This document shows positions 26,190 through 36,383 of a stretch of 64,000 bases of DNA, piece by piece. The notes under the pieces were generated by a model, which saw nothing but the letters and a program-made list of their open reading frames with translations, searched no databases and was not told the origin of the DNA. The translations under genes and the position numbers were made by a program. How positions within the stretch are numbered: position 1 is the stretch's first letter; each line of letters starts with the position of its first letter. Origin of the DNA: Vicinamibacteria bacterium (GTDB lineage: Bacteria > Acidobacteriota > Vicinamibacteria > Marinacidobacterales > Marinacidobacteraceae); the NCBI GenBank assembly GCA_963422395.1, contig OY729431.1, positions 192,001 through 256,000 on the forward strand. Direction: 5' to 3'.

Positions 26190-26684
26190 ATGGCCAAAGC
26201 GAAGCACTACATCCCCGACCGCACCCACGCGGTCACCCCATACCTCGTCGTCCATGACGGACAGGCCGCGGTCGCCTGGTACCAGAAGGTGTTCGGCGCC
26301 GCGGTGGACTCGATGATGGAGGGAGAAGGCGGCGTCGTGATGCACGCCGAGCTCCGGGTCGGACCGGCGCAGGTGTACCTGGCGCAGGAGCTCCCGGGTC
26401 CGCCGGCGGACGCCGGCTACATCTCGCCGAAGAATCTCGGCGGCACCACGAGCTCCGTCCACCTCTATGTCGAGGATGTGGACGCGGTGCACCGCCGCGC
26501 GGTTCAGGAAGGGGCGCGCGAGATCCAGCCTCCCGAGGATCAGTTCTGGGGCGACCGCTTCTCGACCATCGTCGATCCCTTCGGCCACCGCTGGGGGATC
26601 GCCACCCACATCGAGGATCTCAGCGAAGCAGAGCTCGAGGCGCGGGCCGCGAAGGCAGCGGCCGAGTTCGCCGCCGAAAGCTGA
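26190..26684 (+). CDS. VOC/glyoxalase family protein (PhnB-like)
   Basis: VTPYLVV....AVAWYQKVFGA, MHAELRVG, LYVEDVD and DQFWGDR....DPFGHRW. Confidence 0.9.
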   Translation: MAKAKHYIPDRTHAVTPYLVVHDGQAAVAWYQKVFGAAVDSMMEGEGGVVMHAELRVGPAQVYLAQELPGPPADAGYISPKNLGGTTSSVHLYVEDVDAVHRRAVQEGAREIQPPEDQFWGDRFSTIVDPFGHRWGIATHIEDLSEAELEARAAKAAAEFAAES

Positions 26685-26722
26685 ACCGGCCGGGCTGCGG
26701 CCGGCGCGGAACGATCCCGCCC

Positions 26723-28573
26723 TCAGAGCGTTCTGAGGAACGCGATCAGGGCGGGCAGATCTTCGCCAGCTACCTCGACTCCGTGCCCCGGATGGACGCG
26801 GAAGACCTCTTCGAGCGAACCGGCCGAGCCGTCGTGGAGCAGCCGGCGGCGGAGCCGCACTCCCCGCAGCGAAGGCGGGTTGAACCGATGGTTGCCGAGC
26901 TCGTCGGCGAGCCCCACATCGTGGGCGCCCGGCGAGGTGTACTCCGGGGCGCGGTGGCAGCGGTCACAGGAATAGCGGGCGAAAGCTTCTCGTCCGCGCG
27001 CCAGCAGTCCGCCCCCCGGCGGTGCCGCCGCTGCGGCTGCAAACGCCGGCAATTCCAGAGTTCGCAGGTAGGCCGTCAGATCCCGCACTTCCGCAGCGGC
27101 CAGCGTTCGCCCGCGGAGGGTGGTCCGCACCGACTGGACCACCTGGTCTTCGAGCCGCCGGATCTGCCCGTCCCACGCCCACGGCTTCGTGTCGCGCACC
27201 CCCAGGAGCGAAAGCACCCGCTTCGGCGCGCCGTAGTTCCCGTCGCCGAGGGTGTCCGAGAGCCGGTGGTTCGTGTGCCCGCGGGTGTGGCAGCTCGCGC
27301 AGCTCATCCACCCCCGGAGCGAGAGACTCGCATCGTGGAACAGCATCTCGCCCCGGTCGGCGGCGGTCAGCGGTGCGGGCGGACCGAGCGGTGCTCGGGC
27401 GATCTCCTGCTGCAGGTCGAGGGATACCACCGAGATGGAATCGGAACGGGTGTTCGCCACATAGAGCCGGCCGCCGCTTCCCGAGACCATCGCCGAAGGG
27501 CCGCGGCCCACTCGGACATGGCTCGTCTGGCGGGCGTCCACGGCGCCGAAAGCCAGCCGTCCGACCCCCGAGAGTGCTACCGCCAAGCGGCCGTCCGCTC
27601 CTGCGATCAGCGCCGCTGGATCCCCCGAGGGCGTCAGCACATTGCCGAGATCGAGCACCCGAGTGCGCCGCTCGAGGCGCGGACTGCCGGATCGGAGGTC
27701 GTCCACCGGCAGCAGGCTGACGCTGTTCGTGAGGAACACCCCCCAGCGGATGTCGTCCGAGCTGGTGTGCATCCCGGAATGGAGTTCCTGGTGCGCTACC
27801 GCGACTCGCGTTCCCCCGGGAAGCAGCGCCAGGCCCCGCAGGTTGTGGGCGCTCAGCTCCCGGACCCGGAGCACCTGTCCGTCTTCGGCTGAGACCACCG
27901 CGAGGCCGCCGGCGAAACCGTCGGCCGCCAGCAGCGTCCGGTCGTCGAGGAAGAGCAGTTCCTGCGCCTCGAACGGCAGCCCGGCTTCGGCCCGCGGCGT
28001 CTCCAGACCGCCCGGGCCATCGAGGTCGTACAGCACCACCCGGCGGGACCAGAGACAGGACACCGCGAGGGTTCCGCCCCGAAGTGCGGTGCGCATCGGA
28101 TGGCGGCAGGTTGGAAACGCGGCGGCGACCTCCACGAGCGGGGTTTCGACCGCGGTCGGGAAAGGAACGGGGCCCCGCGGAGGCGCCGGCGCGACCCGCA
28201 GCAGCAGGAGCGCGTGGCGTTCGTGGTCCACGGCGACCACTGCGGGCGCGGGCGGCTTTCCCGCGCTGCCGGAACGGGTCGGAAGCGGCTCGAGGTCGGT
28301 GATCTCGCCGCCGACCGCAGTTTCCCCCAGCAGGATCAGGTCGCCCGTGCGGATCACACTGACCGAGCCGGAGCGGTTTCCCACCAAGAGCAGTTCGTCC
28401 GCCGCTCGCCCGACGATGGCGAGCGCCTGCGGCCGCTTCGGGGCGTCCGCCGCGAAAGGACCTTCGGCCGCGGCGAGAACTCGGGGAAACGCCGGAGCGA
28501 GCGGCGGCAGCGCGGCGGCGGCCAGCGTCAACGCGAGCCGGCGACCGGGAAACCGAATCCGCATCCGGCGCAT
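26723..28573 (-). CDS. Secreted YVTN beta-propeller plus di-heme cytochrome c (peroxidase-like) protein
   Basis: Signal peptide, LYVANTRSDSISVV, two CxxCH motifs (CASCH, CDRCH), PSLRGV and HDGS. Confidence 0.85.
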   Translation of the reverse strand: MRRMRIRFPGRRLALTLAAAALPPLAPAFPRVLAAAEGPFAADAPKRPQALAIVGRAADELLLVGNRSGSVSVIRTGDLILLGETAVGGEITDLEPLPTRSGSAGKPPAPAVVAVDHERHALLLLRVAPAPPRGPVPFPTAVETPLVEVAAAFPTCRHPMRTALRGGTLAVSCLWSRRVVLYDLDGPGGLETPRAEAGLPFEAQELLFLDDRTLLAADGFAGGLAVVSAEDGQVLRVRELSAHNLRGLALLPGGTRVAVAHQELHSGMHTSSDDIRWGVFLTNSVSLLPVDDLRSGSPRLERRTRVLDLGNVLTPSGDPAALIAGADGRLAVALSGVGRLAFGAVDARQTSHVRVGRGPSAMVSGSGGRLYVANTRSDSISVVSLDLQQEIARAPLGPPAPLTAADRGEMLFHDASLSLRGWMSCASCHTRGHTNHRLSDTLGDGNYGAPKRVLSLLGVRDTKPWAWDGQIRRLEDQVVQSVRTTLRGRTLAAAEVRDLTAYLRTLELPAFAAAAAAPPGGGLLARGREAFARYSCDRCHRAPEYTSPGAHDVGLADELGNHRFNPPSLRGVRLRRRLLHDGSAGSLEEVFRVHPGHGVEVAGEDLPALIAFLRTL

Positions 28574-28635
28574 TCTACGAAAGGAACCGCCGTTAGAATT
28601 CCGGATCGTTTCCATACCGAACCGAGGTACCTCGA

Positions 28636-29391
28636 ATGACCGAATCGATCATGATCGAGGCGCGCGATCTCAGCAAGTTCTACGGGCCTTTCGTGGCGGT
28701 GGAGAAGGTGCGCTTCCAGATCCCGCGGGGGCAGATCGTGGCCTTCCTGGGGCCGAACGGCGCCGGGAAGACCACGACCATGAAGATGCTCACCGGCTAC
28801 TTGGCGCCGAGCGAAGGGACGGCCGAGATCGCGGGGTTCGATGTTCGCCGGGACCGTCTGGAGGCGGCCCGCCGGCTCGGCTATCTGCCGGAGAACGGGC
28901 CGCTCTATCCCGACATGACCCCAGGAGAGCTGTTGCGCTTCTTCGGGGAGGCGCGGGAGATTCCGGCGGCCCGCCTCTCCTCCCGCATCCGCGAGGTCGC
29001 TGCGCTCTCCGCCCTCGACCAGGTTCTCGAAAAGCCCATCGGGAAGCTGTCGCGCGGCCTGCGCCAGCGAGTGGGGCTCGCCCAGGCGCTGCTCCACGAC
29101 CCCGAGGTCCTCATCATGGACGAGCCCACCGCCGGGCTCGATCCGAACCAGATCCGCGAATTCCGGCGCAACATCCGCCGGCTGGGGGCGGAAAAGACGG
29201 TCCTGATCTCCACCCACATCCTGCGTGAAGTGGAAGCGGTCGCCGATCGAGTGCTGCTGGTGAACGGCGGTCGGCTGGTGTTCGATGGAGCGCCGGCGGA
29301 CCTCGAGCGGAACGGTTCGATGGAGGACACCTTCTACGAGCTCACCGGAGCGCCTGCGGGCGCCGCCGCCCGGCAAGGAGAGGCCGCCTGA
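28636..29391 (+). CDS. ABC transporter ATP-binding protein (GldA-like)
   Basis: GPNGAGKTT, LSRG..QRVG, DEPTAGLDP and STH. Confidence 0.93.
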   Translation: MTESIMIEARDLSKFYGPFVAVEKVRFQIPRGQIVAFLGPNGAGKTTTMKMLTGYLAPSEGTAEIAGFDVRRDRLEAARRLGYLPENGPLYPDMTPGELLRFFGEAREIPAARLSSRIREVAALSALDQVLEKPIGKLSRGLRQRVGLAQALLHDPEVLIMDEPTAGLDPNQIREFRRNIRRLGAEKTVLISTHILREVEAVADRVLLVNGGRLVFDGAPADLERNGSMEDTFYELTGAPAGAAARQGEAA

Positions 29392-32114
29392 TGCCCGGCC
29401 TCGTGGAGATCCCCCGAATCCGCCGTCCGGTGGTGGCCGCGCTCATGCGGCGCGACCTCCGCATGTATTTCTCGAATCCGTCGGGCTATGTGTTCCTGAC
29501 GCTGTTCATCCTGCTGAGCGCGGCCGCCGCCTTCTGGCAGGACCGCTTCTTCCTGAACAACCTGGCGAATCTGGATCAGCTGAACGGACTCTTCCCGTAC
29601 CTCCTGGTGTTCTTCATCCCGGCGCTCACGATGTCGGTCTGGGCCGAAGAGAAGAAGCTCGGAACCGACGAACTGCTGCTCACCCTTCCCGCCAGCGATG
29701 TGGAGATCGTGCTGGGCAAGTACGCCGCGGTTCTCGGGGTGTACGGAGCGGCTCTCGCACTGTCCCTCAGCCACGCGCTGGTGCTGATGTTCCTCGGCAA
29801 CCCGGACCTGGGCCTGCTGTTCGCGAACTACCTCGGCTACGCGCTCCTCGGCGCCGCGCTCGCCGCCGTCGGCATGGCGGCGTCGCTCCTGACCCCGATC
29901 CCGACGGTGGCCTTCATCCTCGGCGCGTTGGCCTCCGTGGTCCTGGTGCTGCCCGAGGCCCTGCTCGGCAGCTTCAGCCCCGCGCTCGCGCGGCTTGCGG
30001 CCCCGGTGTCCGCGATCGTCCACTTCGAGGAGTTCGGCCGAGGGGTGCTGCCGCTGACCTCGATCCTCTACTTCGCGGCTCTCGCCGGGTTCTTCCTCTA
30101 TCTGAATGTGCTGCTGATCGGCCGCCGGCACTGGCCGCCTGTTGCCGACGGTTACCGGATGACCACCCACCACGCGGTCCGCGCGGTTTCGGTGGCGCTC
30201 GCGCTGCTGAGCGCGATCGTGCTCGTTTCCCGGCTCGGCCTGCGCCTCGACGCGACCGCCGAGCGCCTCCACTCACTTTCTGCCGAGACCCGCGAGCTCC
30301 TGCGGGGGCTGCCCGCTGACCGGCCGGTGTTCGTACAGGCGTTCCTGAGCCCCGAGGTTCCCGAGCCGCTCGTCCAAACCCGGGCTACGCTGGTGAGCGT
30401 CCTCCGCGAGATGGAATCGGTGAGCGGGGGGCGGGTGCAGGTTCTCCTCGAGGACACCGAGCCGTTCACCGAGGCGGCGCGCGAGGCCCGAGAGAAGTTC
30501 GGGATCGTCGCCCGGCAGATTCCGAGCGTGACCTCGGCCCGCACCGGGGTCAGCGAGGTCTTCATGGGGGTCGCCTTCACCTGCGCCGCCGAGGAGCAGG
30601 TCGTCCCCTTCTTCGACCGCGGCCTTCCGGTCGAATACGAGCTGGCGCGCAGCATCCGGGTGGTGGCCGACACCGAGAAACGGCGGATCGGAGTGATCTC
30701 GAAGGAGATCCGCATCTTCGGCGGCCTCGACTTCCAGACCATGCGCTCCACTCCCGAGTGGTCGGTGGTGGACGAACTGCGGAAGCAGTACGAAGTGGTC
30801 CAGATCCAGCCCAATTCGAGGATCACCGAGGAAGTGGACGGCCTGCTCGTGGTGCTGCCCTCGACGCTCGCCGAAGACGAAATGGCGAATGTCACCGATT
30901 TCCTCCGGACCGGCGTTCCCGGGCTCCTGCTCGTGGATCCGCTGCCGGTAGTCGACCTCGGCCTCGCGCCCTCGGAGCCCCCCGGTGCGGCACAGAACCC
31001 GTTCATGCGGCAGGGGCAGCCGCCGCCCTCGCCGAAGGGCGATGTGCAGTCCTTCCTCGCCGGCCTCGGGATCTCCTGGGATCCCGGCGGGATCGTCTGG
31101 GACGCCTACAACCCCCATCCCGATCTCGGCCACCTTCCGCCGGAGGTCGTCTTCCTGGGTGAGGGGAACGGCAATCCGGAGGTCTTCGCCGCCTCTTCGC
31201 CGGTGAGCGCCGGGCTCCAGCAGGTTGTACTGATCTATCCGGGCTATTTCGAGCCGCTCGCCGGATCCACCGCAGAGTTCGAGCCCCTGCTGACGACCGG
31301 TGAGATCTCCGGCGCCTTCCCCTATTTCCAGATGGTGCAGCGGAACTTCCTCGGCTCCCAGTTGAATCCCAACCTTCCGCACCGGCCGGACCCGATGACC
31401 TATGCGGTGGCTGCCGAAGCCCGCACTTTCCGTCCGCAGGATGCGGGCGCGGAGGCAGAGGGGGAAGGCGCTCCCGACCCGGCGGACGGTGAAGCGGACA
31501 GCACCCGCGTCATCGCGATCGCCGATCTCGACTTCATTTCCGAACAGTTCTTCGAACTGCGCCGGATCGGGCCGCCGAATTTGAACTTCGACAATGTGTC
31601 CTTCTTCCTGAACGCGATGGATGTTCTCATCGGGGACGCCTCCTTCGTGGCGCTGCGGAACCGAAGGGTGCGGCACCGGACTCTCGAGGCGGTGGAATCG
31701 CGGGTCCGGGCTTTCACCGAGCAGCGCGCGATCGGGGAGGACGAAGCCGAAGAGAGCGCCCGGGAGGCCCTGCGTCAGGCGCAGGAGCGGCTCGACCGCC
31801 GGGTCGCCGCGGTGCAGGAGCGCGACGATCTCGACGCCCAGGCGAAACAGATCATGGCGCGAAATCTCGAGGAGGTGGAGAACCGCCGGTTCACCGTCCT
31901 CGAAGCGAATATCAATGCCGAAAAGGACATCCAGATCCGGGCCAGCGAGGAACGGATGGAGTCCCAGATCCGCCGCATCCAGAGCGGCATCCGCACTGCC
32001 GCAGTGCTGCTCCCGCCGATCCCGGTGTTCCTGCTCGGAGTCTGGACCTTCGTGCGCCGGCGGCGCACCGAACGGGAAGGAGCGGCGGCGGCGCGCCGCC
32101 TGCGCCAGTCATGA
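29391..32114 (+). CDS. Fused ABC-2 permease / GldG-like auxiliary protein
   Basis: N-terminal multi-TM domain (AEEKKLGTDELLLTLP), then RLDAT.ERLHSLS..T and EYELARSI, coiled coil and a C-terminal TM. Confidence 0.85.
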   Translation: MPGLVEIPRIRRPVVAALMRRDLRMYFSNPSGYVFLTLFILLSAAAAFWQDRFFLNNLANLDQLNGLFPYLLVFFIPALTMSVWAEEKKLGTDELLLTLPASDVEIVLGKYAAVLGVYGAALALSLSHALVLMFLGNPDLGLLFANYLGYALLGAALAAVGMAASLLTPIPTVAFILGALASVVLVLPEALLGSFSPALARLAAPVSAIVHFEEFGRGVLPLTSILYFAALAGFFLYLNVLLIGRRHWPPVADGYRMTTHHAVRAVSVALALLSAIVLVSRLGLRLDATAERLHSLSAETRELLRGLPADRPVFVQAFLSPEVPEPLVQTRATLVSVLREMESVSGGRVQVLLEDTEPFTEAAREAREKFGIVARQIPSVTSARTGVSEVFMGVAFTCAAEEQVVPFFDRGLPVEYELARSIRVVADTEKRRIGVISKEIRIFGGLDFQTMRSTPEWSVVDELRKQYEVVQIQPNSRITEEVDGLLVVLPSTLAEDEMANVTDFLRTGVPGLLLVDPLPVVDLGLAPSEPPGAAQNPFMRQGQPPPSPKGDVQSFLAGLGISWDPGGIVWDAYNPHPDLGHLPPEVVFLGEGNGNPEVFAASSPVSAGLQQVVLIYPGYFEPLAGSTAEFEPLLTTGEISGAFPYFQMVQRNFLGSQLNPNLPHRPDPMTYAVAAEARTFRPQDAGAEAEGEGAPDPADGEADSTRVIAIADLDFISEQFFELRRIGPPNLNFDNVSFFLNAMDVLIGDASFVALRNRRVRHRTLEAVESRVRAFTEQRAIGEDEAEESAREALRQAQERLDRRVAAVQERDDLDAQAKQIMARNLEEVENRRFTVLEANINAEKDIQIRASEERMESQIRRIQSGIRTAAVLLPPIPVFLLGVWTFVRRRRTEREGAAAARRLRQS

Positions 32115-33568
32115 CCGGAATTCCGGGGAAGGAGAGCAACCAGATGAGTGAAGATCGGACGCCTTCGGCCGAAGGCGCGGCAGCCGAGAAGTCCGAAGCG
32201 AAATCCGCCGGACCCGAGCTGCGGCGCACCCAGACGATCGCCGGTGCGGCGCTGCTGCTGACCGTGCTCGCCGCAGTGAGCGCCCCCCGAAACCCGGAAC
32301 CGAGCGACTTCGTGGATCTCGGTGACCGGTTCTTCCCGGGCTTCGAGGATCCCGAGGAAGCCAGATCGCTCGAAGTCATCGAGTTCGACGAGGCTACTGC
32401 CGAGGCGATTCCGTTCCGGGTCCAGAACGAGAACGGGATCTGGACCATCCCGAGCCATCACGACTATCCCGCCGACGGCAAGGACCGGCTGGCGCAGACC
32501 GCCGCCGGGATCATGCTGCTCGAAAAGGACGATTTCCGCTCCGAGAATGTGTCAGACCATCCGGCGCTCGGCGTAGTGGATCCGCTCGACGAAGGCGCGG
32601 TCTCGCTGGTCGGGCGCGGCCGGCGGGTCACGGTGAAGGGCAGCGGCGACCGGGTGCTCGCCGACCTCATCATCGGGCGGCAGGTCGAGGACCGCGAGGG
32701 CGCCTACTTCGTTCGCGTTCCGGGCCAGAAGCGGGTCTATGTCTCGCAGCTCGGCGTGGACATCTCGGCCGAGTTCGCCGACTGGATCGAACGCGACCTG
32801 CTGCTCATGGACCGGAACCGGGTGGAGGCGGCGGTTCTCGAGGACTACACGATCAACGAGCGGACCCTTCAGGTGGACCGGCGCGCCCGCCTGGAGTTGT
32901 CTCGGGTGGATGGCGAGTGGACCGCCGAAGGTCTCGGATCCGACGAGGAAGTGGATTCCTTCGAGATGAACGAGTTGCTCCGGGCTGCCGACGAGCTGGA
33001 GATCGTGGGTGTCCGACCCAAGCCGGCGGGGATCGCGGCCACTCTCACCGGCGAGACCGCCGGGGTATCGAACGCCGACATCCTCTCGCTCCAGAGCCGC
33101 GGCTACTACCTCACCCAGGGCGGCAACCTGCTCTCGAACGAGGGGGAAGTCCGGATCGAGACCGATGAAGGAATCCGCTACACCTTGCGCTTCGGCGAAG
33201 TGCTGTACGGCCGCGGGGAAGCGGTGAGCGCGGGCGCTGCAACGCCGGAGGCCCGGACCTCGACGGGTCCCGCAGAGAACCGCTATCTCTTCGTGACCGC
33301 GGAGTTCACTCCCTCCCGCTTTCCCGAGCCGCCGCGCCCCCCGAATCGGGACTACCAGGACAAGCCCTCCGACGAACTCACCGACGCAGACCGCGAGAAC
33401 CGCGACCTCGGCCGCGCCTTCGACCGCTGGGAGGAGGATGTCCGGCAGGGCCGGGAACTCGAGGAGACGCTCACCCGCCGTTTCGCCGGTTGGTACTATG
33501 TGATCTCCCAAGAGAGTTTCGAGAACATCCGCAAGACCCGCGGCGACCTGATCCGCGACGAGTCCTGA
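32111..33568 (+). CDS. DUF4340-like protein associated with Gld-type ABC transporters
   Basis: N-terminal anchor, W...SHHDYPAD, LIIG.......YFVR and DWIERDLL. Alternative start ATG 32144. Confidence 0.75.
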   Translation: MTGIPGKESNQMSEDRTPSAEGAAAEKSEAKSAGPELRRTQTIAGAALLLTVLAAVSAPRNPEPSDFVDLGDRFFPGFEDPEEARSLEVIEFDEATAEAIPFRVQNENGIWTIPSHHDYPADGKDRLAQTAAGIMLLEKDDFRSENVSDHPALGVVDPLDEGAVSLVGRGRRVTVKGSGDRVLADLIIGRQVEDREGAYFVRVPGQKRVYVSQLGVDISAEFADWIERDLLLMDRNRVEAAVLEDYTINERTLQVDRRARLELSRVDGEWTAEGLGSDEEVDSFEMNELLRAADELEIVGVRPKPAGIAATLTGETAGVSNADILSLQSRGYYLTQGGNLLSNEGEVRIETDEGIRYTLRFGEVLYGRGEAVSAGAATPEARTSTGPAENRYLFVTAEFTPSRFPEPPRPPNRDYQDKPSDELTDADRENRDLGRAFDRWEEDVRQGRELEETLTRRFAGWYYVISQESFENIRKTRGDLIRDES

Positions 33569-33629
33569 ATCCCGGCCCCCGGCCGAACCCCTTCCGGCGC
33601 CGTTCGGTCCGCCGTCCGAGCCGCGGATG

Positions 33630-35492
33630 TCACTCGGAACGCGCGGCCGTCATGAAGCGTGGCTTCCGTGAGTCGTCTCCCTTGATCAAAGCCTCGATTT
33701 CGCCGAGGTCTTCCAGAAACTCCTCTCTGGACACCTCCGTATAACGCCAGCAACTCAGTGTTGGCGATGCAGGTGTGGTCTCGATGGTTTGCCTCGAGAG
33801 GTGCAGGTTTTCTTCTGCGTTCTCGCTCTCGTCAACGGCCCAGGACGCTACTGCCAGACATTGAGAGAAGTTCGCCCCTTCGGTTTCGTTCTCCTTCGCG
33901 CGAGCCAACTCGACGACGCGTCGAAACGGCTCTTGCCGAAGCGTCCCGGTCGCTCCCCAAAGCGCCATCCCGTAATTGAACGCATCGACGATCGCCATGT
34001 CATCGACCGTACGTTCCTGCCGAGCCAGAAGCGCCACCGCTGCCTCGCACCGCCCTGAGCTGAGATACAAGAGACTCAGATTATGGATTGCGTGCCAGCG
34101 TGCAACCTCTGGCAGTTCGGAATCGTGCTCGATCGACTCCAGAATGGCTACCCCGACGTCCTTCTTGCCGCGTTTCCCGAGTTCGGCTCCCACGAATGAC
34201 CGGTCCATCGCGTCCAGCGATTGGATGCCGACTGTCTCGATGAGCGTCTCGACGGGAACTGCGGCCAACTCCAGAGCCTCCCTAACCTGCCAGGGGTGCG
34301 CGGAATCGCTCTCCAACACGCGCATTGCGTCTCGGGTCGCGCCTGCGGAGTCATCGTGTTGGGTGCGAGCCCGCGCCCGGTGCAGCAGCGCATCGGGCTC
34401 GCGGCAACCGATTTCGATCGCCCGGTCGAACAACCGCGCTGCATCTGTCTGCCGCCGCTGATCATCGTACAGTTCGGCGACCTGGTACAGAACCTCTCCG
34501 TCGTTGGCATGTTCCTTTTCGATCTGCTCGAGTTTCCGATCCCGATCCTGCGGAGAGTCGCGAAAAGCACTGCGATGCCAGCGAGGACGCCTGACCGAGC
34601 CACGTACATAGGACAGTGCGCCATCCCGATCGGAAAGGTTGCCGCTGACGATCTTCTCGATGACTGTTCGGTATTCGCTCGCAAGCCGACTCTTCGGGCG
34701 GTCCCGGATGAACACGGCCTGGTTCAGGAGTGCCAGGCTGTCGTACCGATGCACGATCACGGGATCGCGATCCATGGAGAGTTCTTTCCGAAATGCTTCG
34801 ATCTGCTTTCGGAGAATCTCGTCCTCGTCGTCCAGATCCGGCACGTTGGACATGACGAAGTGCAAGGCGATCTGCTTCTTCCGCGGCGTTTCGGCCTCTG
34901 CACGAATCTCGCGGACGACCTTGGTCAGGCCGCGCAGATTTTGTTCGTTGGGAAAGAAAACGACCACGACTGCATCGGGGAGCTGCCGCGTACAGACGCC
35001 TCCGGTGTCGGTATGCCCGGTTCGAGAATCGACCAGCACCCAATCTGCTCTGATGACTTTTTCCCACTGCGCTTTGAGATCCTCGAACAGTAGGTAGCCA
35101 TCGTGTTTTTCGTAGAGTTCAGCCCAGTCGATGTCCCGGAAACGCACTCCGTAGTCTCTCTTCTGCGAACCGGCCGGCATGACCCAAAGCCCACCCCCAT
35201 CCTGACCGGCTTGGCGCAACTCGTAGATGAATTCTGCTGCATCCGGCGCCTGGCCGGTTTCCAGGTATCGACGGACGAAGTCAACGATTCCGGGTGTCTT
35301 CTCAGTGGGGCGCAGCATTTCGAAGGACTCGAGGCCGGGAGCCTCCAGATCGAAGTCCACCGCGAGTACCCGTCGTCCCCGCTTCGCAAGATCCACCGCC
35401 GCGTTCACCATCGCCATCGTCCGGCCGACTCCTCCCTTGAACGAATAGAAAGTAGTGGTGTACACAGGGAATCCTCGTCGAGTCTCAGGCAT
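33630..35492 (-). CDS. ParA/MinD-like ATPase (KGGVGR variant) fused to a TPR-like helical domain
   Basis: TFYSFKGGVGRT, VLAVDFDLEAPGL, VLVDSRTG and PNEQNL.G, followed by about 300 aa of TPR-like helices. ATG 35492 overlaps the antitoxin stop. Confidence 0.85.
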   Translation of the reverse strand: MPETRRGFPVYTTTFYSFKGGVGRTMAMVNAAVDLAKRGRRVLAVDFDLEAPGLESFEMLRPTEKTPGIVDFVRRYLETGQAPDAAEFIYELRQAGQDGGGLWVMPAGSQKRDYGVRFRDIDWAELYEKHDGYLLFEDLKAQWEKVIRADWVLVDSRTGHTDTGGVCTRQLPDAVVVVFFPNEQNLRGLTKVVREIRAEAETPRKKQIALHFVMSNVPDLDDEDEILRKQIEAFRKELSMDRDPVIVHRYDSLALLNQAVFIRDRPKSRLASEYRTVIEKIVSGNLSDRDGALSYVRGSVRRPRWHRSAFRDSPQDRDRKLEQIEKEHANDGEVLYQVAELYDDQRRQTDAARLFDRAIEIGCREPDALLHRARARTQHDDSAGATRDAMRVLESDSAHPWQVREALELAAVPVETLIETVGIQSLDAMDRSFVGAELGKRGKKDVGVAILESIEHDSELPEVARWHAIHNLSLLYLSSGRCEAAVALLARQERTVDDMAIVDAFNYGMALWGATGTLRQEPFRRVVELARAKENETEGANFSQCLAVASWAVDESENAEENLHLSRQTIETTPASPTLSCWRYTEVSREEFLEDLGEIEALIKGDDSRKPRFMTAARSE

Positions 35493-36021
35493 CTCTGAGC
35501 TGGTAGGCGCTCTGTTCGACCTGGAGCCGGTGGATCTGCCTGGTGTCGAGTACGCGGAAACGCGGACGCCGGCCGGCCGTCGGGGCATCCGGTTCCGCAT
35601 CCAGTTGCCGCAGCGTCCAGATGTTGTCGGCTGAATAGAGCAGCCGAAGATATCGGTCGTTCGCCTGGTTCTGGATAACGATGCCGTGTTCCCACCGGTG
35701 CAGGGTCGCTTCACCAAGGCCGGTGACCTCGGCGAACGCGGTGCGGGACAAGCCGTGGCGGTCCCTGATGGAACGCACTTGTCGGGGCGTCAGCAAGCCG
35801 TGATGTATGCAGACCGCCTCATGCTTCAGCCGTTCCGCCTCATGACCAAGAGACGCGGCGCTGCACGACACGCAGACCTCGACCGGGATACGGGCGCTCA
35901 ACTCGGTGGCGGATTCGTCGGCACCATAGGTGAAGGTGTAGTCGGACCACTCCGTGCGAACCGGTGCGCCGCACTCGAAGCAGGCGTCGGGCATCGTGGA
36001 TGCTTCGCTGCCAGATGTCAT
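35485..36021 (-). CDS. MqsA-like antitoxin (zinc ribbon + XRE HTH) with C-terminal extension
   Basis: CFECG...CVSC zinc ribbon; LLTPRQVRSIRDRHGLSRTAFAEVTGLGEATLHRWEHG...Q..ANDRYLRLL; ATGA overlap with the toxin. Confidence 0.88.
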   Translation of the reverse strand: MTSGSEASTMPDACFECGAPVRTEWSDYTFTYGADESATELSARIPVEVCVSCSAASLGHEAERLKHEAVCIHHGLLTPRQVRSIRDRHGLSRTAFAEVTGLGEATLHRWEHGIVIQNQANDRYLRLLYSADNIWTLRQLDAEPDAPTAGRRPRFRVLDTRQIHRLQVEQSAYQLRDA

Positions 36022-36383
36022 GGTGCATCGTCTCCCTTTCTCTTGTCGGAATAGTGGAAGCTGCGCCCCCAGATGCGCCCGGAGAGCAGTTCCACCTTCA
36101 CATAGAGCCGCGGCCGGTTCACCTCGAGAAATATCTTCATCACGTATGCAGCGGCTCCCTCCGGCCGCCGCAGACAAATGACTTCCACCTCTTGCCTTTC
36201 CTCGATCCGGGTCGCGATGAGATCCCACGCACCGGCGTCAGTGAACGGAAGCCCGCTGTCCGGGCTGATCACGGTCTCCGGACGCCAGTTGGTCGGACGG
36301 GTCGGCGTGGAATGCGATTTCCGTGATCGAGGGCGGCGGGCGAGGACGGCGATCTGCCGGCGGACTTCTTCACGGATCACCAC
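36018..36383 (-). CDS. MqsR/RelE-superfamily toxin
   Basis: About 120 aa ending LYVKVEL......RSFHYS, typical of MqsR-like RNases; lies upstream of an MqsA-like gene. Confidence 0.72.
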   Translation of the reverse strand: MVIREEVRRQIAVLARRPRSRKSHSTPTRPTNWRPETVISPDSGLPFTDAGAWDLIATRIEERQEVEVICLRRPEGAAAYVMKIFLEVNRPRLYVKVELLSGRIWGRSFHYSDKRKGDDAP

